A DNA stretch of 64,000 nucleotides. Origin: Eledone cirrhosa. Its lineage: Eukaryota. Positions 42,029 to 56,026 of the stretch are shown here, piece by piece. The position numbers and the translations under genes are program-made. The stretch covers positions 352,532,001-352,596,000 of the forward strand of contig OZ024743.1 of NCBI GenBank assembly GCA_964016885.1, given 5' to 3'. Position 1 is the first letter of the stretch. Each line of letters opens with the position of its first letter. The notes below the pieces were generated by a model that saw only the letters and a list, made by a program, of their open reading frames with translations, was not told the DNA's origin and did no database searches.

Positions 42029-42919
42029 ATACATGTATATATATATATATATATATCATCATCATCATCATTTCATTTTACGTCCACTTTTCCCTGCTTA
42101 CAAGGGTGGGACGGGAACTGATTCTGGCTTGATTTCTACAGCTGGATGCCCTTCCTAACACCAACCTCATTTACAGTGAGTGCTGGGTGCTTTTTTGCCG
42201 TGGCACCTCCACGACCACATTACAGTGTGGGCTGGGTGCTTTTTTGCTGCGGCACCTCCACGAGCACTTTACAGTGGCACTTCCACGACCACTTTGTAGT
42301 GGGAGGGTGTGGGGGCATATTGTCTATATGCTTCAGCTTGTAACTGTGGGGGGTCGGGTCTTCTGTATTACTGTGTGACGCCAATGGTCAAGTCAAAGGT
42401 CACGGCCTTTGAGAGGTGTAATTGGGTAAGGTCGGCTTTTATCATATATATATATACACAAACACACATATATATACATATATATACACACACATATATA
42501 TATACACACACATATATACATATATATATGTGTAAATGTATATATATATATATCTATATATCTATATACATATATATACACACATATATATATACATATA
42601 TATACACATATATATATATATACATATATATACACACACACATATATATATACATATATATACACACACACATATATATATACATATATATACACACACA
42701 TATATATATATATACATATATACACACACACACACACATATATATATACATATATATACACACACATATATATATATATACATATATACACACACACATA
42801 TATATATACATATATATACACACACATATATATATATATATACATATATACACACACACATATATATATATATATACATATATACACACACACACATATA
42901 TATATATATATACATATAT

Positions 42920-42979
<60 letters not shown>

Positions 42980-43147
42980 CTTACTCTTTTACCTGTTCCA
43001 GCCATCCGGCTGAGGCCATGATGGGGCACTACACTTCTTGCTACACATTTTATATATATATATATACATATATACATACACACATATATATATATCCATA
43101 CACACACACACATTTATATATATACATGTATATATATACATATACAT

Positions 43148-43229
<82 letters not shown>

Positions 43230-43243
43230 ATATATATATATAC

Positions 43244-43333
<90 letters not shown>

Positions 43334-43339
43334 ACATAC

Positions 43340-43377
<38 letters not shown>

Positions 43378-43750
43378 ATACATGTATATATATATATATA
43401 TATATCATCATCATCATCATTTCATTTTACGTCCACTTTTCCCTGCTTACAAGGGTGGGACGGGAACTGATTCTGGCTTGATTTCTACAGCTGGATGCCC
43501 TTCCTAACACCAACCTCATTTACAGTGAGTGCTGGGTGCTTTTTTGCCGTGGCACCTCCACGACCACATTACAGTGGAATGATAAGGACCCTCAGTCCCT
43601 ATCATCTCATTTCTACAGCTGAGTAAACTGGAGCAATGTGAAATAAAGTGTCTTGCTCAAGGAAACAACACATCACCCGGTCTGAGAATTGAACTCACAA
43701 CCTTTCGATTGCAAGGCCAATGCTCTAACCACTAAGCCATGTGCCTCCAC

Positions 43751-44424
43751 ATATTACACAAAGAGAAGTGTGTTACACAGTGAGATGTGTGTAAAGAATT
43801 ATTACAAGTGATTTTACCGTTACTGTATAGGGAACAATATCTACAGGTTAGCAATTACATAGAAAAAAACCAATTCAGAATCAAATCTCTGGATTAGAGT
43901 TTTAAATCACAAACCTTATAACTATATTTTGCTGATACGAACCTAGCTTCGTTTCACCACTTATATGTGCAGTATCAGGTCACATGGACCATCAGTCAGC
44001 AAATGCGAACACTGAACACTACACATCTAACCTCATGGATAGAGAGATTGCAAATAGACACGCTGGCCAGAGTAGGGCGAAATCACGTGTTATTTGAATC
44101 AAATAACGGCTCTCATGGATTGGGGAAGATGCTAGAAAGTGCAGCCCAACCATTCGAATTATTAGCTCAACAATTTGGAGCTCATTAAGTATACAAAGAT
44201 CGGAATTAAGAGTATTCCGCAGTTCACTGTAATAATAATAATAATAATAATAATAGTATTAGCTCAAAGAAGAATAGAGAATTTCCTTCTGAGCTCAAAT
44301 GCAAGTATATTACACAAAGAGAAGTGTGTTACACAGTGAGATGTGTGTAAAAGGAAATTCTTCTTTGAGCTAATACTATTATTATTATTACAGTGAACTG
44401 CAGAATACTCTTAATTCCGATCTT

Positions 44425-44430
<6 letters not shown>
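43751..44430. mobile_element. PLE-terminus-like composite: direct repeat, inverted repeat and a hammerhead-like motif
   Basis: Direct repeat ~43751-43795 / ~44307-44351; inverted ~44190-44288 / 44351-44430; motif at 43928-44003 (-). Confidence 0.65.
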
Positions 44431-44468
<38 letters not shown>

Positions 44469-44707
44469 CATACATGTATATATACATATATACACATACA
44501 TGTATATATACATATATATACGTACATGTATATATACATATATATACGTACATGTATATATACATGTATATATATATATATATCTACATACATGTATATA
44601 TACATATATACATACATGTATATATACATATATATATACATACATGTATATATACATATATATATACATGTATATATACATATATATATACATACATGTA
44701 TATATAC

Positions 44708-44771
<64 letters not shown>

Positions 44772-44784
44772 GCATATATATATC

Positions 44785-45312
44785 AAATATAAGTATGTAT
44801 ACGTACATACATATATGTATACAGACGTACAGTAGTATGTATATACATACATACGTGCACACATATATATATGTACGTATGGGTTTACCGAACATTTATT
44901 ATAATGCTTGGTTTGTTTGTAAACAAACAGCCCGAATTATTAGCCATACAGTGTTCGGCAACCATCGTTGCCATTTTGTTCAACACTGACAAAGGAACGA
45001 TGAACTAGTTTCTAGCTTATTAGCTGTCATAAGCACCGTATACCTTCCTGTCAGTTGATTGAACGTTTGAAAGTATATACTTTCCTTGTGCATATCAATG
45101 GCTGAGCAGCCTAATTTGCATATCGAGTGAGTTAGTTGGCTGGGCATACCAAAAGCGATAAATGGAAAAAATGAAATTTCATTTATATATATGTGTGCAT
45201 GTATGTATATACATACTACTGTACGTCTGTATACATATATGTATGTACGTATACATACTTATATTTAAGTATCAGCCGTACTAAGAGTGAGAAATGAAAT
45301 TTCATTTTTTCC
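44785..45312. repeat. Inverted repeat within microsatellite
   Basis: ~44785-44872 / 45185-45266, plus a 22-bp pair at ~45163 and ~45293. Confidence 0.75.
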
Positions 45313-45324
45313 ATATATATATCT

Positions 45325-45376
<52 letters not shown>

Positions 45377-45401
45377 GCATATATATATATATATATATAC
45401 A

Positions 45402-45596
<195 letters not shown>

Positions 45597-45613
45597 GCAT
45601 ATATATATATACA

Positions 45614-45722
<109 letters not shown>

Positions 45723-45806
45723 GCATATATATATATATACATACATACATACATACATACATACATACATACATACATGCATGTATGTGTATGTGTATAT
45801 AAATAT

Positions 45807-46166
45807 ATATTGAAAGAGTGAAGAATAACATGGTCAACAGTACAAAAAAGGGCTTTATTTACAGTATTAACAATTGTTTCACTGAATAAATTGTCTAAAA
45901 ATTGCTGAACAGTTGAAGCTGTGCCACTCAATTTTACGAATTCAAATTATAACATCATGATGTCATTTGAATTCGTAAACGCTGAGCATATTTTTAACAG
46001 TCCTTTCTGATGATCTGGTTAAGCTAACAGCGTATTTAAAATTGAGTGGCACAGCTTCAAGTGTTCAGCAATTTTTAGACAACTTAATCAGTGAAACAAT
46101 TGTTAATACTGTAAATAAAACCCTTTTTTGTACTGTTGACCATGTTATTCTTCACTCTTTCAATAT
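45807..46166. repeat. Fold-back element with hammerhead motif at 45997-46112 (+)
   Basis: Arms 45807-45936 / 46037-46166; CTGATGA-tctggttaag...cttaatcagt-GAAACAATTGT. Confidence 0.85.
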
Positions 46167-46339
46167 TATTACAAGATAAACTTACATAGGAATTCAAGAG
46201 AACTCACAAACTCGCCATCTACGTACACCTCTTGTTGAGTCAAACAACGCCGTACGTTAAAACTATCCACAATACGGAGTATTCACAATCTCTAACTGGA
46301 TTACCTATAACGATATTTTGTTATCCCTTATATATATAT

Positions 46340-47326
46340 ATCATCATCATCATCATCACCGTTTTACGTCCGTTCTTCCACGCTAGCATGGGTTAGACGG
46401 GTTGTCCTGTTGTGGGCAGTGTCTGGTCGGCTGACCATGCCTTGCTCATACAGGAACTGATCTGGCTTGATTTCTACAGCTGGATGCCCTTCCTAACACC
46501 AACCTCATTTACAGTGAGTGCTGGGTGCTTTTTCGTGGCGCCTACACGTCCATTTTACAGTGTGGGCTGGGTGCTTTTTTGCCGTGGCACCTCCACGGCC
46601 ACCTTGCGGTGGGGGGAGGGGGGCATATTGTTTATATGCTTCAGCATGTACCCATGGGAGGTCGGGTACCCTGTATTACTGCGTGACGCCAGAAGTCACA
46701 GTCGTGTGTCATTGACTTTGAGAGGTGTAGTTGGGTAAGGTCGGCTTTTATCACCTCATCCCAAGTCATCTTGGGTCTCCCCACTCCGCGGTTTCCATCA
46801 ACTTCTAGTGCTCTGCACCTTTTTATGCAGCTGTCATCCTTCATACGCATCACATGTCCATACCAGCGTAACCGCCTCTCCTGCACGCAGCATTTGATTC
46901 CTCTTATGCTCAGTCTCTCTCTCAATTCCTTTATGCTTTGTCGTTCACGTATATTACTGTTACACATCCATCGGAGCATGCAGGCTTCGTTTCTCTCTAA
47001 TCTACGTAAGTCTTCCACCTTCAGCGCCCAGGTCTCACTACCATGCAACATCGCTGTTCGGATACACGCATCATACAGTCTGCCTTTCATTCTGAGGGAG
47101 AAGCCTTTTGCAGCTAGCAGTGGTAGTAGTTCCCTAAACTTCTTCCATCCCGTTCTTACCCTAGTTATTGTACTTTCTGAGCACCCACCTCCGTTGCTAA
47201 TTCGGTCACCTAGGTAGCAGAAGCTGTCTACTGTTTCTACAGGGCCCTCCCAGAGATTGGTGGTACTTGTTTCCTGTGGCTGTTTGCTTGCTGTTTCAGC
47301 ACAGCTGCTGCATGTGAATCCTACAT
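46340..47326 (-). mobile_element. 5'-truncated RTE-A LINE, near-identical to 34247-35233
   Basis: Same ORF C-terminus and 3' UTR with few substitutions; flanked by (TA)n. Confidence 0.95.
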
Positions 47327-47574
47327 ATATATATATATATATATATATATGCATATATATGTGTCTGTGTGTATATATTTAATTATATATATGTATATGT
47401 GTGTATATATATATGTGTGTGTGTATATATATATATATATACACACATATACATATATATATGTATATATGTATATATATATGTGTGTCTGTGTGTATAT
47501 ATGTAAGTATATATATGTATATGTGTGTATATATATGTGTGTGTGTGTGTGTGTGTATGTATATATATATATAT

Positions 47575-47621
<47 letters not shown>

Positions 47622-47626
<5 letters not shown>

Positions 47627-49738
47627 CTCCAACCACCAGACAGAGAGTGACCTGGTGGTGGAACAGCACAGTAGATAATGCCATTAGAGACAAAAGACTA
47701 GCATGGAAGGCTTTGAAAAAGGGTGGGAGTAGGGAAGAATATACAGCCGCTAAGAGAGCAGCTAGACATCAGGTGTACTTAGCACGCAGGGAGGCTGAGA
47801 GTAGGAGGTTTGCCAATGTTTTGCGACGGGAAGATCAGAGGCGTGCGGTGTTCCACATTGCAAGGCAGTGTGTCAATGCAAATCAGGATGTTGTTGGAGA
47901 TAAATGTGTCCGGAATGATGCCGGTGTACTTAGTGTCACGAATGATCAGAAAAAGGAGGCCTGGAAATGTCATTATGAGAGACTGATGAATGTGGAGAAC
48001 GAATGGGAGAGAGAGAAATTACCCTCAGTAGATCCAACAGAGGGACCAGCTATTGAGATTGACGAATATAGAGTCCAAGAGGCAATTAAGGAAATGAAAA
48101 ATGGTAAGGCTGCTGGACCATCGGGAGTAGTTGCTGAGATGCTGAAGGCATCAGGGGACGTAGGCACTAAACTGGTTGCATGCATCATCAATCAGGCTAT
48201 ATATGGTGGTGTTATACCCAAAGACTGGTGCAGCACTATTCTCATAAATTGCTACAAAGGTAAAGGGGATGCTCTGGAGAGGAGCAATTATAGGGGAATA
48301 CAACTGATGGATCAGGTTATAAAAGTGGCAGAAAGGATATTAGCACAACTAATTAGAGAAAGGGTCAAACTAGATGAGATGCAGTTTGGCTTTGTGCCTG
48401 GGAAGAGTACAATAGATGCCCTCTTCTTGGTGAGACAATTGCAAGAGAAGTTCTTAGAGAAGAATAAGCCACTATACTTAGCCTTTGTTGACCTAGAGAA
48501 GGCCTTTGATAGGGTACCCCGATCTGTCATCTGGTGGTCCCTAAGAAAACTAGGTGTTGAGGAATGGCTTGTGAGGACAGTGCAAACTTTGTACAGAGGT
48601 ACTGTCAGTAAAGTCAGGGTAAGAATGGAGTTTAGTGAGGAATTCCAGATACAAGTAGGAGTACATCAAGGTTCGGTCCTCAGCCCGCTCTTGTTCATTA
48701 TAGTCCTCCAAGCCATAACAGGAGTTTAAGACTGGCTGTCCATGGGAACTTCTCTATGCTGATGATCTGGTTCTTATAGCAGAATCAGTAGAGGAGCTAG
48801 AGAATAAATTCTGGCTATGGAAACAGCAGTTGGAAGCAAGAGGACTGAGAGTGAACCTAGCTAAGACAAAAGTGTTGATGAGTAGAAAAGAAGACAAAAC
48901 TGTGATTCCGTCAGGGAAATGGCCATGTTCGATATGCAGAAAAGGAACTAGCATAAATTCTATAAAATTCACACAATGTAGATCCTGGGAATACAAGAGA
49001 TGTAGCGGGATAGCAGGCAAACTAACAGGTAGGGAGAAATATGTATGCAGTAGATGTACAGGGAAATTAGACAGTAGAAGTCGCATTGATAGAGACATTT
49101 TTCAAATACAAGCTGGTGCTACAGAAGTGGTGGATAGCTTCCGGTACCTAGGAGATCAGATTAGCATGGGAGGCGGGGGGGGGGGGTTCTGAGGCCATAG
49201 TATCTAAAATAAGGACGGGTTGGAAGAAGTTTAGGGAGCTGCTTCCTCTGCTGACAAAGGAGGGTTTCTCCCTGCGTACGAAATGCCTGTGTGAGGAGCA
49301 CGATGCTGCATGGTAGTGAGACATGGGCAGCAACTGGAGAGGATATGCGACGGCTGGAGAGAAATGAGGCAAGCATGCTCCGTTGGATGTGCAGTGTCAA
49401 TGTGCGTGAACGACCCAGCATGAATGTGTTGAGAGAGAAACTGTCTCTGAGAGGGATAGAATGTAGTGTACGGGAGAGGAGACTGAGGTGGTATGGACAT
49501 GTGATGCGCATGGAGGATGACCGATGGGTGAAGAAGTGCCAGGAAATGGCAATTGAAGGACGACGTGGTAGAGGTAGACCACGAAAAACGTGGGCGGTGG
49601 TGAAAACAGACCTCAGATCGCTGAAGCTCACGGTGGAGATGACGAAGGACCGTGACGAGTGGAGAGATGCTGTGCTGAATAAGACCCATCCCACCCTTGC
49701 AAGCAGGGAAGAGCGGACGTAAAATGATGATGATGATG
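47622..49738 (+). mobile_element. 5'-truncated RTE LINE (family RTE-B) with frameshifts
   Basis: GKAAGPSG, KGKGDALERSNYRGI, QFGFVPGKST, GVHQGSVLSPLLF, YADD; (TGA)n tail; flanked by (TA)n. Confidence 0.95.
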
Positions 49739-49888
49739 ACATATATATATATACATACATATATAAATACATATATATATAAATATATACATATATACAT
49801 ACATACATATATATATAAATACATACATATATACATATAAATATATACATATATACATATAAATATATACATATATACTTATAAATAT

Positions 49889-50170
<282 letters not shown>

Positions 50171-50803
50171 ACACATACATATATATAATTGTTGCGAAAC
50201 AAATTTGAAATTTGAAATTTAAATTTGTCCAGGTATCACGGCTATTGCCAATATAGGTTTGTTTTTATTGATTTATTATTTTAAATCGAGACAGGCAAAC
50301 CGTATTATTTTAATTAGTATTTTTCAATCTAGCTAACTTGGTCATTTGCAATGCAAACACTTGTATACTTGTACCAGTGTTTATCCCTATCATATATATA
50401 TTCATTTGTATTACACGGCTCAGAAACATGCCTTTCTTTGAGCTATTTAATTGTAAAAGACTATTTAAGTTTATAACTCTATATATAATACATATATATA
50501 TATACATATACATACACATATAAATACACATACATATATATACATATACATATATATATATACACATACATATATATATATACATACATATATATATATA
50601 TACACATACATATATATACATATACATATATATATATACACATACATATATATATATACATATACATACATATATATATATACACATACATATATATACA
50701 TATACATATATATATATATACACACACATATATATACATATACATATATATACATATACATATATATATATACATACATATATATACATATACATATATA
50801 TAT

Positions 50804-50854
<51 letters not shown>

Positions 50855-50955
50855 TATATATATATACATATACATACATATATATATATATATACACACA
50901 TATATATATATACATATACATACATATATATATATACACACATATATATATACAT

Positions 50956-51004
<49 letters not shown>

Positions 51005-51196
51005 CATACATATATAATATATACACATATATATATGCATATACATACATATATATATACGTACATATATATATATATATATACATATACATACATACAT
51101 ACATATATACATATACATACATATATATATACATACATACATATACATACATATATATATACATACATACACATATATATATACATACATATATAC

Positions 51197-51228
<32 letters not shown>

Positions 51229-51699
51229 GTCCCCTACACCCCGTACCAATGACCAATGGACTACAACCACCCATAGTTTGTGGTCCCTACAGCGGATGGT
51301 CCACCGGATCCCCTTCTGGTTAGGAGGCAACAAAACCTTGTTTATTGAACCCACCTAGTTTTTATTGAACCCACCTAGTTTTATGTCTGCCTTATACTTG
51401 GATTTGAGGGCCTCTGTCGTATATATATGCATATATACACACCTGTATGGATTTGTGTGTGTAGATGTGTGTGTCTGAGGGGGTATGTACAAGTCAACCA
51501 ACATAGGTCTTTTTATCTCTAAACTCTCTAAGTATTTGACTCTTACCATAATTTTCAGTATTATCACCCCACATAAATTCCTCAATTTGTATGTGTGGAT
51601 GTGTGTGTGTGTCTGTGAGGTGGGTGTGAATGTATGTGCAAGTCAACCAACATAAGTCTTTTTATAATTTTCAGTAGTACCACCCTACATAAATTCCTC

Positions 51700-52110
51700 A
51701 ATTTAAGATTGACCTGTAGTATCGAATTTCATAATATAAACCCCAATTGAATATATATCTGACCAGGAATGCTTTTTTGTGAAAATCACTCATATGGAAC
51801 TATTGTCATCTTGCCTGATGGTTTGAACTTTACAACACCTCTTTGAGGTCAAATACCAACCCTACTAGCATCTACAAACTGACCAATGAGAATTAAGATT
51901 ATTCCTGCTGACAACATTAAATTATTCCTAACAAGCTCATATGTCCCAAGGTTCTGATACAATCAACACCATAAACACAGAGCTGGCATATCTAAGAACT
52001 GACTAACTGCCTGATGAGGTCATATCCACTCAATGGCTATCATCGAAATATATATAGCAGTAAATAAAGGATTATGAGTTCATGCAATTGACTTATGTTT
52101 CGTCACTATA
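51700..52110 (+). mobile_element. PLE 3' end remnant with hammerhead motif (52006-52061)
   Basis: PDGLN remnant near 51814; ACTGC-CTGATGA-g...c-GAAA-TATATA-TA-GCAGT then AATAAA. Confidence 0.7.
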
Positions 52111-52145
52111 TATATACGTATATATAATTACATATATACATACAT

Positions 52146-52777
52146 ATGGTGGCTGCCAACTCGTTTTCGAGTACGGCCACTACTTTATATCCATGTAGGA
52201 GAACCCCTACCGATGCGCTGAACGCTGTGACGTTTTAGTCCAGCCAGCGACTTGAAAACTCTGGTACAAACACTACACTTGTGACAATTATTGACACATA
52301 GTGCTGGGCCCATGGTACCATGTGACGACAAGTGCAGAGAGATCTCCAGATATAAAGCAATGCCTGTGCCGTGAAGCTTTTATAGTGAGCAAAAGCACTG
52401 CACAAAGCCAGTCCCACTCTCTTAACCAAGATGATATTTACCAAAAAGAAGAACAAGTCAATATCATTGGATACCATCAGGGTTGCAGGTGTTATATCAG
52501 AGTTTTCCTTCTCCTAGAATTCTGCCTTGACAAAGGCTAAGGGGTCATCTCTCCCTATACATACATACATACATACGTATGTATGTATATATATATATCA
52601 TCATACATACATGCATGCATGCATGTATGATGATGATATATATATGCATGTATGTATGTATGTATGTATGTATGTATGCATGTATGTATGTACGTACGTC
52701 CATGTTCCACGCTTGCATAGGTTTGGACATATATATGTATATATCTATGTATATATATGTGTATGTATATGTATATA

Positions 52778-52816
<39 letters not shown>

Positions 52817-53515
52817 GTATATATATATGCATGTATATATATATATGTATGTATCTATGTATGTAGTATGTATGTATGTATGTATGTATGTATATATATA
52901 TGTATGTATATATATGTCAGGTCACCAGTTGGTGCTACTGGTAACGTGTATTCCAGTACAACCTGTGCTATGTTGGCGACTAAACTGGCAACCCCACCAA
53001 GGTTTCTTGGTGAGGAGGGTGACTTTGGACATCCTGCAGGACTAAAAACAAAACCTGTCAAAGGGCAAAGGAGCTCTTAGAGAGTAAATGGCCATCCAAA
53101 ATCACCGGGAGAGATGACCCCTTAGCCTTTGTCAAGGCAGAATTCTAGGAGAAGGAAAACTCTGATATAACACCTGCAATCCTGATGGTATCCAATGATG
53201 TTGACTTGTTCTTCTTTTTGGTAAATATCATCTTGATTAAGAGAGTGGGACTGGCTTTGTGCAGTGCCTTTGCTCACTATAAAAGCTTCACGGCACAGGC
53301 ATTGCTTTATATCTGGAGATCTCTCTGCACTTGTCGTCACATGGTACCAAGGGCCCAGCACTATGTGTCAATAATTGTCACAAGTGTAGTGTTTGTACCA
53401 GAGTTTTTAAGTCGCTGGCTGGACTAAAAAGTCACTCGTTCAGCGCATCGGTAGGAGTTATCCTACATGGATATAAAGTAGTGGCCGTACTCGAAAACGA
53501 GTTGGCAGCCACCAT
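52146..53515. mobile_element. Inverted pair of a non-autonomous RTE-like element
   Basis: 52146-52555 is the reverse complement of 53107-53515; the right copy extends to ~52916; contains ggagaaggaaaactctga and a CSVCTRVFKSLAGLKSH remnant. Confidence 0.85.
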
Positions 53516-53979
53516 ATCATCATCATCATTTTACGTCCGCTTTTCCCTGCTTGCAAGGGTGGGACGGGAACTGATTCTGGCTTGATTTCTACAGCTGGAT
53601 GCCCTTCCTAACACCAACCTCATTTACAGTGAGTGCTGGGTGCTTTTTAGCCGTGGCACCTCCACGACCACTTTGCAGTGGAATGATATGGACCTCAGTC
53701 CCTACCATCTCATTTCTACAGCTGAGTAAACTGGAACAATGTGAAATAAAGTCTCTTGCTCAAGGAAACAACACATCACCCGGTCCGAGAATTGAACTCA
53801 CAACCTTTCGATTGCAAGGCCAATGCTCTAACCACCAAGCCATATGCCTCCATATGGAATATGTATTTGAATTTCCTATTTCTTAAGAAATACAGTATGT
53901 TTATAAATAAACATTTAGAAAGCCATAACTATGAATGACACTGACAGCTAACCCCACCATGCAGTGTTCGGCATATCAA

Positions 53980-54281
53980 GGGGGACAATCGTCAATGCAT
54001 TTCTAACTCAACTGGTTCTCATTAGGACGATCTCTCCCGCTCTTGTAACTGCCAGACTTTGAAAACGGATGAAAATATATAGTTTTTTTTTTTGTCTGTA
54101 AATGAGTAAATGAGGTGATTAATCTCATTTGCACACAAAGCTGTATAAGTTGGCTCCACTTAATATGGAATAGAGTTAGAATTTAGCTTCGAACATAGCT
54201 GTATACAAATATATATGAATTCTGTATTTATCATCCTGATGAGAACCAGTTAAGTTCGAAATGCATCAACGATTGTCCCCC
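53980..54281. repeat. Inverted pair of minimal hammerhead motifs
   Basis: 53980-54031 / 54230-54281; consensus ATCGTC-CTGATGA-GAAC..GTTC-GAAA-TGCA-TC-GACGAT. Confidence 0.8.
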
Positions 54282-54961
54282 TGCTTCTGTCAAGCACCGC
54301 AAATTAGCATTTCCAGCAAGTGATCTTCATGTAAAATTCTATACAGACCATAGTCTATTTCATGCCAGAACATTCGGAATGAGTGTTACTGATGAAAGAT
54401 TAACAAATCTTGAAAGAACGTTGTTTGGCCCTCTCAAAATATACTGGCAACTCTATGATATATTCATAGGGAAAAAATATTTTTCTTTGCCAGTGAGGCT
54501 ATCAATGTTTATTGTATATAAACATATATATGTTTATATATCTCTTCACACACACACACACACACATATATATATACACACAATCACATATATTAATGCA
54601 TGCTTCAGTACCCCAGTAGAAATCAAGTATCTATATATATGTATTTGTGGCTGTATACAAATATACATAACTGTGTGCACATATGTGGGTGTAGGTAGAA
54701 CTTTATGTATAGTATATGTGTTTGCATGTATGTAGAGTGCAAAGGAGGAAGGGTGGCTATATAGAAAATAGAAAGAGTAAAAGCATTGGCCAAGATGCTA
54801 AAATTATCAGGCAATGAAGAAGAATGGAATTTAATACAGAGAAATGTCTGGCTAGAAGCTGAATAATAAGCTGCAAAATAAATGGCACCACAATGCAGTA
54901 CTCATGCTATAAGGTCATTGAACTGAGCAATAGTTCCATACATACAGCATACATATACATG

Positions 54962-55042
<81 letters not shown>

Positions 55043-55347
55043 CTATATATAAACACTTATCCCAGTTGTCTGCCAGAGATGATGAAAGTCCGTGAACATG
55101 CCAATGTTGAAAACAGTTGATAAATATCATCCAAAATGTAGATATCATGACACAAATGTGCATGTGCGTGTTTATGTATGTATATACACACACACACTTT
55201 CGTATCAGGATATTTGTAGTGTCTGTGGTGCTGTGACTGGGGAAATAACTTATCATGGGAGTACTCAATGCATGGAGAGATGAAGAAAGGGTATAAAGAT
55301 ATGTAAAAACCCGGCTGTGGCACCAAGCGGTTGGGATTTTACATATT

Positions 55348-55379
<32 letters not shown>

Positions 55380-55432
55380 CCATGTTGTCAAATTCATGTT
55401 ACTTAATTTATATATACATATATATATATAAA

Positions 55433-55901
55433 TCTAAACTATAATAAAGCAAGGAGTGTGGGACGGCGTCCAGAATATATATTTTTTATTCCACTTGTAA
55501 AATAAGTTGGATTACTTTGAATAAATATTACATAATTTATCTACTAAATTTCGTTATTCTTGATTAAATATAAATAATATTGTTGCTTATTTTTAGATTC
55601 ACTTCTTTGAAATTTTCAAATGTCAACTAGCAATCACGTAAATAAACATTCATATATTTCCGTCACTAATTTTCTTCTAATGCAGTTTATATATAATATT
55701 GTCTTTTTTTAATGTATCATGGATTACGTTACTGATTACATAAGAGAGTGTAACGCAGTCTTCGTTCAATTTCTGTGTATATTGTCAGTTACGATTTTAT
55801 TTGATGTATCATATCTACATGTATATATACTTGTGTATAATATCAATATGCACATTACACATGCTAGCAGAAAACCACCCTAACGGTGGTTTTTCTGCTA
55901 G
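55433..55901 (+). mobile_element. Non-autonomous Helitron
   Basis: A|TC start; terminal hairpin ctagcagaaaaccacc..ggtggtttttctgCTAG|T. Confidence 0.85.
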
Positions 55902-55909
55902 TATATATG

Positions 55910-56026
55910 ATATAGAAATGGCTTCTACAGGACTAGAACTGTTTCATTCGAAGGATATCCTTAGGAAAGCCATGATGATTTCCTTCGAATGAAATAGTTC
56001 TAGTCCTGTAGAAGCCATTTCTATAT
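55910..56026. repeat. Short fold-back element, related copies at ~26040 and ~26505
   Basis: tatagaaatggcttctacaggactagaactgtttcattcgaagg and its reverse complement. Confidence 0.85.
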
